Shown: piece by piece, positions 1-13,455 of the stretch
How the letters are laid out: each line of letters begins with the position of its first letter
Numbering within the stretch: position 1 is the first letter of the stretch
Origin: Amphiscolops sp. MND2022
Lineage: Eukaryota
Direction of reading: 5' to 3'
Length of the DNA stretch: 64,000 nucleotides
Assembly (NCBI GenBank): GCA_964187785.1
Contig: OZ076418.1
Coordinates: forward strand, 16,554,001 to 16,618,000
The notes under the pieces: generated by a model
What the model saw: only the letters and a program-made list of their open reading frames with translations
The model's database searches: none
What the model was told of the DNA's origin: nothing
Translations under genes and position numbers: made by a program

Positions 1-3000
1 CACAAGAAGAAAACTAACAGAAGCAGCGGTACACGCAGTACAGAAAGTTGAGATTATATTCGACTATCTCTATTTCACTACTTTTTCGTTTCTTTTTCCA
101 GGAAAGTTTGCGTAGCGCTTGAAAAAACTTATCACAATGTTTACAAATAGTTTTCATTTTAACTTTGTGATATGCGTTCAAGTTGTAATACGTGTTTGAA
201 AAAAGGAACTATTATCTACAGAACGTAGAAGAAAAGTTCATTAGATCAAAACTTTTGACTCCTGCATCGTTTTGAATTTTCAAAACTCATAAAAACTGCA
301 ATTCCCAAGGTGTCCAATTGTAGATTCCCCATGATTCATCCATGAATCATGGCACGTTATGCCATGCTCCATGTCACGGACCATGAATGGGAATGAATGG
401 AACATCGATGAATCATGAATGATTATCCATGAACTTTCATGAATCATAAATGACAGTACATGAAACTATTTCTAGATTTTATACTGATGCAGGGTAAATA
501 GGTGATGCGAATTTGTTTTTGATCTTTTGGATCGAAATTTCTTTTACGAGTTTTTCTATCACAATTTCTTTGATTTTATCTCATGAATGGTTATTCTTGA
601 CCTGAGAGCGAAAAGCCAAAATCATCTCTGAGTTTCCTTGAAACTAGTATTAAGTAGTAGACCAATAGTTGATAATACAAGATAATTTATGACAGACAAC
701 CTGTAATTCTACAGATTGTTGTTCAGCTTGTACTTTAAATACAGGAGACCTCTTTAAAAAGCTCGAATCTAATTTAAAAAACGCCTTTACGTTATTATCT
801 GGCAACTCTCAAGAACTTCCAATCTCAAAAACCACCATGAAAACCGATAATTGATGATTGAATGCATTCTATTATCTACTTGTGATTATCAATCATGATT
901 GAGTGACAGTGCTATAGAGATTATGATCAGTCGCATTAGAAATCACTTGATTTCTGTAACGTACGTTTAATTAAAATTCAGTTCAATATTGACAAAGTTT
1001 ACAGTGAACTAATTAAAAAAGGAGGAATCCGTCCGTTTCACGAAGAAATTACTTGAACATATTGAGATCAAAATTGATTTTTTTCATGCAACCTTTGAAT
1101 GGAGATCTAATATTTGCATTTATCATATCATTTGCTTTTTTTTACAAATTAACTTTACAAAATTAGTTTAACACTAGTTTTTATAAGGTACGAGACAAAA
1201 ATTACAGCAACAACCGAAGACTACCGAAACAATAATTTTTTCCTTTGATTTCAATGACATATGTGCGTGGTAGATAGTTAGAATTGTTCCTGTTTTATTC
1301 GGCTAAAATGGAGGTCCGGCATTTTTTTGGAATTCTTGACACTAGTTTCATGGCTTCCGGCATTCTATGAAAGTGTCACAAAGAAATATATTTAGTATTT
1401 CGGAAAATCCGGAAATATTTGTTTTTAGTGTCAACACATGCGAACCCGACAAATTCCTCCAGATAAATTCAGCAAAAACTATCAAATTATACTTGAAATT
1501 GATAACTTCTAGAAATGCTAGTAACTAATAAAGGAAACAGCTGGATAGTTATTTTGATTGAAAATAGTCGGGCAAGAAAACGAACAGACAGAGTTTGTTT
1601 ACCAATTATCTAAATGGGTGGGTTCCTGGAAATAGCCGCCGAACATGGAAGCGAGCAGACATGATTACACAAATAGCACAAGAAGCAGACGTACAAAGTG
1701 GTAGTTAAATTCTCCGAACAATATTTTAGCCGAACGGTAATAGAGAAGATATTGCTCAAGCTGTGAGTACAAACTACTGTAAGGATGGCATTGACTGTAG
1801 TCTGTGATCAGCTCTCGCTAGATTAGTTTAATAGTTTCGTCAAAATTACCGATCTGCTATATTACCGTTAAAAAAAGTTAATTATAGTTACTTTTCACTA
1901 GAATATTTTTCTCAAAAAGACGAGCGTGCAATTGACCGACTGTTAAAGTGACCTGCTACTCAGAATACACTGTTTTGACCCATTTTGGCCATAATGATCT
2001 TCTTGACCATAAACATTCTACTTTCGATTTTCCTTTGTTTATTGACATCTGAATTTTTGAAGCAAATATATTGCGGCGTTATTCTACTAACAGAAACAGC
2101 TTGATGCGTCTTATTATATCATTTTCTTACTTTTAGCCGTTCAACTTGTTTTTTATGTATGGTAAATTTTTCTTCTAGTGCTGTTTAAGAGCATCACCAA
2201 CCCAGTAATGAACGAGAAAGTGGGCTTTTTCGAACATCTAGTTTCATGCTAGATACCTATTATCGCCAGGTTAATACATTTGCATGAAACTAGATTTTCG
2301 AAAAGGTCTCAGAAAAAAAACTACCATAAATTAAAAATAAGTTGAATGGCTGAAAGTAACAGAAACGATATAATTCGATGAATCAAATTTTTTGATACTA
2401 GAGTAACGCAATGCACTTGTTTCAGAAATTTACTATTCTAGTGTTTTATTCCAGGGTTTTATCATTGTCATCCCGGACATCATAGATTTTCACTAACGAT
2501 TATCCATGAAATCGTGGGTTTTCAAGAAATGTTTTCCAGCGCGGCGACCCCATAAGCATCGAGGAATCATGCATGAAAAAGCAGTCGCTGGCAAACCTGT
2601 GGTTTGCATTGATTAAATATTGCTGCAAAAAATCATCTCATTGAATTTGTTCCTGGTGCAACTTCTAATTGACAAAAACTACCTCTATAGATTATTTAAA
2701 ATCAAATTTTACTTTTTTCGGTTTAATAGAAGAGATTTTACTGCATTTGCCTAATTATTCCATAATTTAAATCGAACGCTTGAAATTGCTCTTTCCCGAA
2801 TTTGTCGGCCAATTGCGCGTTTAGTTGATTAATCTAAAATCATGTTGAGCAAAAAACATTATCACCATTACTATTTACAGGACATCACCAATATTACATC
2901 ATGATCTATTTATAGACATCACCAATAGTGTACATTAGCAGAAGTTACTTCCCATGTTTCTGTGTTTTTGGTTACTTCCCCAACACTTTTAGGGTTACAC

Positions 3001-4638
3001 GAAGAAGGAATAACACGTGAACGTCAAAAATCAATGCCGCGCGTAAAGATCAAAATTTCATTGAAATTCCGAGCGTGGGTTTTGTGAATTTTTCATCATT
3101 TTCGGAGTTGCAACAATACCCGAAGGGACGACCTGCGATCTCGAAAAGAGTTTTCTTCTGATTGGAATCTTCAAAATATACTCAAATTGACGGGAAAAAC
3201 AAAGATGCGACACTTTACGTTTGAAAACAGCCTTTTTGAAAGTTGAAATACGAGAAAAATGAAGGAATCCCCTCTAGTGAAGTAGGAAACTTTTCAAAAA
3301 AAAATTGGCACTGTGCCGAAAAAATACGAAAGGTGGGATCCTTTGACGCGTCGAAGGTTTGCAAATGAAAATATTTAGTCCAATTTAGATATGGCGCCGT
3401 CTGCTGTCTGTTTGGGAGTGCCCATGCTAAGTTACTGGCTGCGTGAACAAACTGGTGGTGTGAACAAAAACTGTTGAAAAACGAACCATTCGAATACATT
3501 CTGTGTTATTACGAAGAAAAAGCGAGTCATTGCAATCGCTGGGCACAATTTCTAAACGAAAACACGGCTTGACCCTCAAGTATGTCAATTCGAGACCTTA
3601 TTTCGACCATGCTACCACCCGGACAAAATTCCATCTTCAATCGCTCAACTTTTCAAAACACATACAAACTTCGGTACTTGGAAGTAATAATATAATTTTT
3701 AACAAATTCAACTAAAAAAGTGTCTTGGTTGCCATTTGAAATCATTTATGTTGCTTGAGTTCAACAGGGCACAGAGTACAAACGTTAGTAGAGCAAAGCG
3801 ACGCTTCGTAAATGAGAAATAGGCTGATTTGCCTATACTAACGCTCCAAGCAAATCGAGATGCGATTGCACAACGATGGCGCCACGATTATGCCAATTGC
3901 AAGCCGTGATTTCAATTCGTACTTATATGGGTGTCATGCCGTGATACAACTGTAATTCCAAATATGGTTGAGTTCGTTTGCGGTGTCCGCAACGCATGCA
4001 CACAACTCAAGAGAAGAATTACTCTTTTTTTAAGAATTACAAGCAATTTTAAGTATATTTCATACTACTATTCATGAAAATGGGAGTATAATTTGTACAC
4101 AAATCGATTAGAAGAAGCGGAATTGAAACTCATTCGCCTTGAAGATCTTGTCCGGTATACAAAGTGATTGCAAGTGACAAGATGGGGCTTTCAAATACTG
4201 AAATTTGAACGAGAAATCCCAACTAATTCACCATTTTCAGCCATTTCAAGTTTTTGGTATGATTTATGATCAACCAATGCAATGCCCGAACTTTCATCAA
4301 ACGCTGTTGCAAAAGAGGGATGCGCTTGGAAAACTTCAGTGAACGAGCAATTAAATGAACAATGCAACAGAAGTGTCATGCTGCCTGATTTACTGTACGA
4401 TAAAAAACATGCATTCGTATTATGGCCCGTAGAAGAATTCGTAATGCGGGGTCCGTGACTGATACGGTCTTGTTACAATTTTACTACAATAGTTGTTAAT
4501 GACTCATTAACTCGAACTCACAAACTACTTTTTCCCCAAACATTTTGATTTCTTGTGTTGACTTTGTTCACATGGGGTTTGACTTTAATACTGAACAGTT
4601 AATTGACGAATAGAACTTTATGATCCGTTTTATTCATA

Positions 4639-4956
4639 TTGGCGCTCCTGGGTGGGTTTGCTTGCAATTTGAATAGTCTCTGGCAACGCCTGCTACACGA
4701 GATTACCCCGCAAATGATTGGACGACCCAAATGGAACAAACACGATTCACAGCTGAAAGAAGAAGAATATCTTGTGTGGATTCTGAATGACAACTGCCCT
4801 CGAGGTGTCCGGCCATTGGGTATCGTGGAAAAGACGCACACCGGTCCCGATGGAGTCGTTCGATCATGCTTACTAAAAACCGCCCTCGGAAAAGTAACTA
4901 GGCCAGCAGTAACGTTAAGCTTAGTGCACCCAAAAAACATTCCTCCTCAGAACTAA
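4639..4956 (+). pseudogene. BEL/Pao Pol C-terminal fragment (DUF5641-like)
   Basis: LWQRLLHE...RPKW...LKEEEYLVWILNDNCPRGVRPLGIVEKTHTGPDGVVRSCLLKT...VTRPAVTL matches the conserved BEL post-integrase domain. No ATG start. Confidence 0.85.
4640..4660 (+). promoter_or_regulatory. Primer-binding site complementary to a tRNA-Asn-like 3' end
   Basis: TGGCGCTCCTGGGTGGGTTTG reverse-complements to CAAACCCACCCAGGAGCG-CCA, resembling the ...CCCACCC(A/G)GGAGCG-CCA end of invertebrate tRNA-Asn (recalled, not searched). Confidence 0.7.
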
Positions 4957-6879
4957 GCCCCCCCGGAGAATGTTAATGATCATTAACTCGAACTCACAAA
5001 CACCGTTTTATTCAATAGTCATGAGGGAAACACTCCTGGCCACTCCATCAATAGCCCCATAAACCTTTGATGCCAACGGGTGGACGCAAATTTTCTCATT
5101 AGGACATCAAACGACCATCGATGAAAACGTTTCGCAACTATGTAAATTCCGTTCCGTTGTTGAAGCGTTCACAATTTCAGGATTACATACCAGAATCTTA
5201 TGCCAACGAAAACAGTCGGAATCAGCGTATATTTCTCGCTGCTTTGTATGATATATCGTTGGTTTGAGATCTGATTCGGTAATTTGAAAATACTTGAAGA
5301 TGTTAGATCAACTTAGAACATAACAAGACGGCAGCTGACCAGCAGGATATTTTCCGTCGCAACTGTTCCAGCAATGACATATTTTTGAGGCTCAAGAGTA
5401 GCCATTGCACTATGAAAACGCATAGAGGTTTGATGAAGAAAGGTTTGACACTTTTTGAATAATGTCATGCCATTTCAGAAGGGAATATTTCATGAAGACA
5501 CCGCACACCTATTTGGTTTTTCGTCAGATTGTGTGTATTCCAGAACCTAACCAATTGATTTTTATTTATATTTGCGCGAAGTCGCCAAAAACGTCGAAAT
5601 TTCTACAATTTTGCTTTTTCGACAACTTTGCGGTCATTTGAGGAACTTTTATAAGAAACTGTAGATGTCTTTTCAAAAACGCATATTGGATCACGGGTCC
5701 AGTCGTTCTTAAATAACAAAATTGCTCGAAACGTTTACAAAAAAGTACATCAACTTTTCAAAAACGAAAAATTGATTTTCACTAAATTTCAAGTCGTTCT
5801 GACGAACTTTTTGCATGCACAATTGTAGATTTTTTTAAAGTTCTGCATGTCTACTCCAAAAGGTTAGACTTCTGGACTATTAAGAAGTTTTGATAACTTT
5901 CAATAGAAATTCACTAATTTGTCGAACAACTGCCAAAACTTGTTTTTTTTTCGACTATTTTGGGGTCATTTTGAGGCTCTTTTCTAACGTGAAACTGCAA
6001 TTCACCTTCAAAAAACCTACTGAATAACGCATTCGTTCGCTGTTGGGGGTTTTCTGTCTTACCAACAATGGTAACGGCTCAAAAAATTCAGAACTTTGCA
6101 TATGAAACGTTGAATTTAGACTTTTTATTTCCGATCACGGTCACTTTTGAAGTACTTTTGAAGTACTTTTGAAGCAAAATACTGCAACTCTCTTAAAAAT
6201 AGCGTACTGCATAGCTAGCTTTTTTGTTTTCGAGTGTTTTGAACTTTCCTAGTCACAAAAACTTTCAAAATTTGAACACAAACTGCAGGAAAAACTCTTA
6301 ATTTGAAGTATTTCTGATATAAAGCACTGTAATTTTATCATCAAGAAAGGAAACTACATGTTTTGAACCATCTAACTCAACGAATTCTCAAAAATTGTAC
6401 CCAAATAACATGAAGAACCTACATAAACTGGAAACGTTTGAAGTTTTCGACAATTTTTGAGTCAAATTAAAGCACGTTCGTTACCAAAACTGGCACTTAT
6501 CCAGATCAAAAAGCCCACCAGATAACGCCTTCAGTTGTTGTTGAATCGTTTCAGAGTTCTTATCCATAAAAAGGTTGAAACGTTTACAAAAATTGCGTTG
6601 TAAAATACAAAAATGTAAAAAAAGAAAGAGATTTTGACTACTTTGGGATCCATGTGGCAATTCTTTTTTTTACAAAACTGCATTTATCAACCCTATTGGA
6701 CAACGAAATCATTCGTGGTTGAAGGTATTCAACGTTCTGATCCATGAAAGCTTCAGAAATTTGACAAAAGTTGCATGAAAACGTGAAAAATAGGTACATT
6801 TTGAAGTTTTTGTCATTTTTGGTCGCAAATTGTGCGTTTTTTTTCCTTTAAAAACTTCGTTTCTTTCTTAAAAAAGCCT

Positions 6880-7330
6880 TTCTGACAATCAATTTGTTCC
6901 TTGTTGAATGTCTTTGTAATTCTAAGCCCCCAAGGCATTCGAAAATTACACAAAAATTGCATAAATTATTCAAAATTTTAATTTTGTTTGTGTTTTTGTC
7001 AATTTCGGTCAAAATTTGATGCATTTTTTCAACACCAATTGCTTTTATCTCTTCAAGGAAGCCTCCCGGACAACGAATCTCTTCCTTGTTTGACGTCTTT
7101 GAAATTCTAAGCCACCAAGTTTTTCGACAAATAGACAAAACTTGCATAAAATTTTCAAAATTAAGAATTTTCGAGTATTTTTGTCAATTTGGGTCTGAAT
7201 TTGAGGCATTTTTTCAATAAAAAATTGCATTTACTTCTTTGAAAAAGCCTCTTGGATAACAATTTTTTTCTTTCTGGATTGTTTTCAACATTCAAAGCCA
7301 GGAAATTTATCGATAATATGACAAAAATTG
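6880..7330. repeat. Degenerate tandem repeat, about 186-bp period, 2-3 copies
   Basis: ATAAATT.TTCAAAATT...TTTTGTCAATTT.GGTC...ATTTGA.GCATTTTTTCAA recurs at about 6961 and 7147. Boundaries approximate. Confidence 0.5.
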
Positions 7331-7750
7331 CACAAAATAGGAAAGTTTTGCAGTTTTTACTTTTTTGGGGTCATTTTTGGGTCATTCTGGGGTCTTTGGG
7401 GGTCAACCAAAAAAGTCCAAAAATCTCGACAAATACATACCGCATGATACTATTTTTACGTCAGTGGAATTTTATGGGTAAAACCCTTTACCTATGACGT
7501 AATTTAATTCTTGGCAAATTTTGTAAAAAAAACCGTTTGATTTAAATATTTTTCTTTTCCATATGAAATATGGACAAAAAATAACAATTACTGAATACAA
7601 TCTTCCAACTATATCGAAATGCCGACCAACCTAATATGAGTCACCGTGTCAGGCAGTGTAGCATGGCAATTCGAAGTGTAAGTTTTGCCGATCGTGAGTT
7701 TTTTTCAATCATATTAGGAATGTTTGAGCACATACAATTCATGTTAGGAA

Positions 7751-8204
7751 CAGGGACCGGATTTCTACGTAAACACATAACCTATATGGGATTCCAATAT
7801 TTGGTGGAAACTTTTCAAAGAAATATTTGCATATTTTGGCCTAAATTTCTCAGGAGAAAATTGCGCATGCAAAGCGGAGGCCTAAATTTTTCAGAAACAT
7901 CAACTTTGCAAATGTCAACATACACTGGGCAATTTTTTTGTCAAAATTTAAGTGAATTATTCGAGTTTCAGCTGAAATTTGTGAAACATTTTCTGTTATG
8001 TCAATCCTAGAATATCAGAGACTAAAATTGACTTTTGATAATTGGTGAAACCATGTTTTTATGAAATTGAATGCATTTGAAGACAAATAAAGAATCGTTT
8101 TACCTATATCTTTGCATTTATTTGAGTTTTTACAGCTATAGTTTCTAAACCTATATATTTATACCCATATTTCGATTATTTGAGACATATAAATCCGGTC
8201 CCTG
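7751..8204. mobile_element. hAT-type MITE
   Basis: TIRs CAGGGACCGGATTT (7751-7764) and AAATCCGGTCCCTG (8191-8204). Degenerate 8-bp TSD GTTAGGAA / ATTAGAAA. Confidence 0.7.
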
Positions 8205-9404
8205 ATTAGAAAATGGGAAGCAACTTCAAACATGTTTGTTGTTGGTAAACAACAAGCTAGTAGAACGTTAGTACATTACGGGTGAAATCTGACCTCTGTA
8301 ATTGGTTTTGAACTAACCTTTCACCTCTGAGCACAGCCGACACTTGGGTCAGGCTAAACTTGGCTGTCACCACCGAAGCCTATCACCAAAATACAAATAC
8401 TTCTAAATAATTTATTCCAACAATACCTGAAATAATTCAAAGCATGAATATATTCGAGTAAGTTCTCATTTGAATACTCGAATATCCAATATTAAAGTTG
8501 TTTAAACATACTTGCAAACAATAGTTGGATGAAGCCAGATCGTGATTGCAGTTCGAAAACTGCTGGAGAATTTTTAAAACGCAGATATAATTTATTGAAA
8601 GTTTCCTGAAAAACTACGAATTTAATCCTTGAGATATTTGGTATCAGTTTTCAAACTCGATTTCGTCTACAGCGTCAAACAATCAATTCCTCCTAAAGTT
8701 CTACAAATGATTTCAAAACATGATGATTGTCAGTTTTGTTACACAAGAAAGTAATTGGCAATAATTACGTCTTTATAGACATACAATTCGTATACAAACT
8801 TCGAATAAAATCCTGGCACATAAATCTACAACAAAACATGAATATTTTATCACAGGGTGTTCACGATTGTTACAGAGAAGTTTTTAGATCATGATTTCAT
8901 CGTAAAAGTTGGTCGAGCATTTACGAGGTTCGACCAATAATTATTCCGTATCAATCGGTCTTCATGTTTTGAATAAATTCAACTTTAGACATTTAAATCT
9001 GCAAATGGTGAATGGTACAGCGCAGGCATCAAAATAATTAATTGTAAACCCTAAAAACTTTTGGTCTGAGCTTTTTCTGGAGTTTTCCGATTGAGATAAT
9101 CTTGTTTACATAAACATTTTAACATTTTACCTTTGTAGTTTATAATTCCAAAATGAGATTTGTAGGCATTACGTAATTCAGGGTCAAATGCACCGTGATA
9201 TGAAATATTGCCTGGAACAAGATTTCGAAACCTAAATTTCCAAACCACTTAAATCGACCTCGATTGTAGAAACATTTGGATTTATACTAGACTACATTGA
9301 ATGGACGCCAAGCGAAAGAAGGAACACTTAATTACCATATTATATTCTTTGTCTACTCATAGCTAAACAGATACGCAATATTTTTGGTATCAAATCTAAT
9401 CTGT

Positions 9405-9945
9405 ACAAGCCGGGAACGCCCAAGTCGGCGCCGCGCTCAAGGTTAAAAAACCAAGTTTATTAAACATGCAAAATTCATAAAGTTTACAGTGCTGGAAAAA
9501 TCCCTGAGATAGCCATACGACACAAAAACCGCGTTTTCCCAACTGGAAATATCAAAAAACAAATTTTTTAAATTGAATTTTTTTTCGAAAAAATTTTTCC
9601 TTCGGAAAAAAGTTGCACAGTGCCGAGAAAAACCGAATGTCTTTTCGACAATTATAGAGAAAACTCTCATCAGTGTCAAAGGACCAAAAATAAGTGTTTT
9701 GAATATGCGAAAAAAATATCAAATTTACAGCGCCAAATAAACTAGAAACATCAAAAATCCAATTTTTTTTAAAACGAATATCGAAAGGTTTTCTATCTAT
9801 TTTTTAAAAGTTAAGAGGTTCGGAACTTGAAAACACTTAGTTCGGAAAACGTTTTTTCCAAGCCAAAAACCTAAAAAAAGTAAAAGGGGTACTATTTGAT
9901 CTATTGAAGTGTTTTCCGAAAAAAGCGACACCGTGCCGAAAACTC
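9405..9945 (-). mobile_element. HINE/DINE-1-like repeat, partial diverged copy
   Basis: ACAAGCCGGGAACGCCCAAGTCGGCGCC terminus plus internal GCACAGTGCCGA motifs shared with the family at 37998 and 47176. The other end is not found. Confidence 0.5.
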
Positions 9946-10870
9946 CCAGTTCTACCGGATACAATACCTATCACCACTGAGCTTATGTAACCAACATCAG
10001 AACATCTAATCGGACGATCATATTGATCAGCTGTGAAGGTGCCTCTTCATTCGTGCGGAAGAGAACTTCCTGTCTGATTTGTGTGAACAATAATTTCAAG
10101 GTGCAGCTATCAATAACTTTGATTATGAAACCTTCTTCACCAAACTAGAAGAATCCAAAACAAGAAGAGTGTTTTCAAATTTCCCTTCTACCCAGGAATT
10201 CTGGCTGTATTACTCGGCTTTTCTACTTGCAGGGCCCATGGACTCCAGGTCGGCCTTTGCCAAAATCAGTCGCAGGGACTGGTAGTGGCACGTCGCTCCA
10301 AGTCGCTCCTGCATTGAGAGCACTAGAGGTATGGAGGCGTTATCAATCATGATCTTATACTTAAATGTTGGAATATATCTAATTTTGTGACTGAAATTAT
10401 TCGGATTTTCGGACAAAATAAAACTTCGGACAAATGAGACTCCCTGCTGTGAGGTTTGGTAATTCGAACTTACTGTGCCAAACGGGGTGTACAGCAATCT
10501 TGTCGTAATATGTTCAGCTGACATTGTTTCATTTCAATCACGTAATTGACTAATTTTCAGCGGCATCCGCCAAAGTTGATAGTGGAATCGATCAAAAGAC
10601 GTTCAGAATGTAATGCATCTGTTGCAATAGAAAGGCCACATTTAGAATTTCAATGGATTTAGCTGCAAAACATTATGAGTCCACAATATTGATGGAATCA
10701 ACAAAACGTTTCCCGTGCATTATCATTTGCTACTGGAATTCACTGCTCAGAGCTAAAAACAACTGAAAAGTGCAGGGGAATTCGAATGAGACTTGTTTGC
10801 CAATTTCGCTGCGGACTCTCGAAATGTGCCTACGGTAACATCCACTGAAACGTCCATGAGTTTGTTACGG

Positions 10871-12054
10871 TGTCACAACCTCACTGTTGTGCTGGTGCCA
10901 TTGGGCAATTCTTAAGAAAACGAGAACTGCAAAACCCGATTTCCAGAAATTCATGAATTTTAGATGGTCAACAAGGACAATAAACTAATCCCCCAGCTTC
11001 TTACTTTAGTCATGTAACTTCATATTTATTAACCAAATTCCATACTGAGTTCAGATTGTTATACATCTGAAGGGTTAGAAGCGTAAATTTCATTGATCAT
11101 TACATACTATTGAGAGCTCATGATTGCATAAAACCCAGGTTAGAGTAGAGCAAACACGTGCTAATGAGTAATATGTTACGTAATAATGATTCTTGTCTAG
11201 CCCAATTTAGCTTAATTACCATTTTGTGCTAGTGACTATGCGGTACTATGCGGTTCGAGTAGTACCGCATACTCATCATTATGCGTTTTTGTCAAGTTCA
11301 CTATGCGGCATCATACGTTTCGAGGTGCGACGAGTACTCGTCACTATACGTCACAACACTATACGTCACACTGCGGTTCGAGTAGTGACGTATACTTGTC
11401 ACTATGCGGATTCAGCAGTATTAGCTACAAATACCAGTGTTGCTAGAGTAATCTAAATTGCGTTTAAAATAACCATTTGTATGATGCTATTTATTGAATT
11501 CTAGGGTCTTAGTGCTCTATATTTCTTGAGATATAAATAGAATGACGTCTCCTGACGTAATTCTATTTTTGCAAATTCCTGTATGATACCTGTAAAAAGG
11601 AGTGTCATACTTTTAATTTTGAGACATTAGTGCAGTTTTAGACCGATCATTCCAAAAAATAACTTCAGTTGAAAGCAGTAACTCTCAAAAGAAACTACCC
11701 AACTGCCATGCAAATCAATTTTCATCAACTTTGTTCACCAACTGAACTTTGCTTCATCATAAAACTGCAAAGTAATTCAACTTTTTCTCGGCAACAAAAC
11801 CTTGTTTTTCAATTGAGTGAGATGGGAAACAGAAGAAACAGGAGACAAGTGATATTGAAAAAGACATTCGGGATCGAAAAATGAGAGGTCTATAGGAGTT
11901 CGCGCATCTAATAACAAAAATCCAGAATCAGAAAACGACGATAATCCTCTCAGAGCTTCAAAAATGAAAGACTTAAGACATCCAGCCAAGTCATTGTACC
12001 AAAACGAACTGAACTTAGAAGACGAAATAATAGTTTCAAAAGAGGATTATCACA
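10871..12054 (+). repeat. 5' LTR of element B
   Basis: Near-identical (a few percent divergence by eye) to 13456-14639; TG...CA termini. Confidence 0.93.
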
Positions 12055-13455
12055 TGGTGACAGGAGCCAACCGACAACTCAGTAGACAAATCTCCCAAAA
12101 TGCTCAATGTTTATACGACACGACAGGATCCCACGCAAGCCAAGACACATCAAATTCAACGAAATTACAATTTGACCCAAATAACCAAATGGCAATAGCA
12201 ATAAAGAAACTGGATACTCTCAACCATTGCTTTTTCATCCAAAAACAACCACCTTCCCTCCCTCGTCAGTTCAAGAAACAGTGGGGGAGCCCAGTGGAAC
12301 AACCCACTGGACCAAAAGGAGGAATTTTGATAGAAAGTCCAACAAACAGATGATGATGATTTAGTTACACCAAAAACTCAATAATACAAAACGAATCTAC
12401 CCACAAAAACAGACAAACAACCCCAGAAAACTCCCAAAATACCTCATTACAAAGCAAACACAACAAGATGCGAACGAATAAACGCTGGAAAATACAACTT
12501 TGGTGTCAATCATAACCCAAACTACACAATCGTATACAGTTTGGAAACAACTGACACAAATTCAAATTATCTGACTTTCCTTGCTGAGTACTAATTAAAG
12601 CATTGACTCAATTAATTGTGGATATTCGGAAACAAATGTAGTGGCTGGCACGTTGAACAAAGGAAGATATTTACTAGTGGGCGATCGTCCCGGCGATTTT
12701 TCAGTAACACTGAGTTCAACCAAAACAAAATTTCGTTCATTTCTTGTGCAAAAACAGAAATGAAAATTAAGTTCGGAAGCATGAGCGTACTTCAAACCGC
12801 AAGTATTTGAGTGCATCCACAAGAATCCTGAAGCGTTGAAACATGCTTCAACTGAAATCCGGAAGCATGAACCTACTTCCTCCATACAGCAAGTATTGGA
12901 ACGTGCTCCCACAAGAATCCTGAAGCGTTGAAAAATGCTTCAAATTAAATTCGGAAATATGAAAATACTCCAAAAGAAACCCGGATGTTGTCTGAATTAT
13001 ATTAGGTTATCTCCAATGCAAGCCTGGCCAGCTTAGCACTAAAATCAAAGACTAGTCAAAAAATCAAACACTTCAAAGAACCGGGGGAATGGAAAATTCT
13101 TGACAGAAAAATGTCAGAATTGGAAACGACCCAAATGAACTCAGGAGATGACGTTCTCGATTGGTACTCCACGACAATAAATTTCTACTTGACATGCAAG
13201 CCCTCTCGGATTTCCTCAGGATTGAAGAGTCTCCATCGAAATCCTATTTTACTTTAAAACTATACTGCAATACAAAATCAAAATGAACCGAACTGATCAC
13301 GCACTTTTCAAGTGCGGGACAAATGTTGAAGAATGGAAGCACCGGGACAAACATCTCCTACCAACTGCCTACGATGGGACGACAGTAAAAGACAAGGTCC
13401 AGATGAGTTTTCGACGGGTTTGAGGCAGCTCTGTTTTCTTTTAAAAGTGCGGGAC

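Larger units (their letters stand above)
4494..5014 (+). mobile_element. 521-bp non-autonomous BEL/Pao mini LTR element (TRIM-like)
   Basis: 5' LTR 4494-4636 (TGTTAATGA...TTATTCA) and internally deleted 3' LTR 4971-5014 with the same termini. 5-bp TSD ATAGT on both sides (4489-4493, 5015-5019). PBS at 4640; PPT-position GGAGAA directly before the 3' LTR. The interior encodes the BEL integrase C-terminus. Confidence 0.88.

Noticed and set aside
9960-10530. Possible exon or retroelement remnant (GC-richer stretch)
   Set aside because: No recognisable motif in any frame, so it cannot be assigned.
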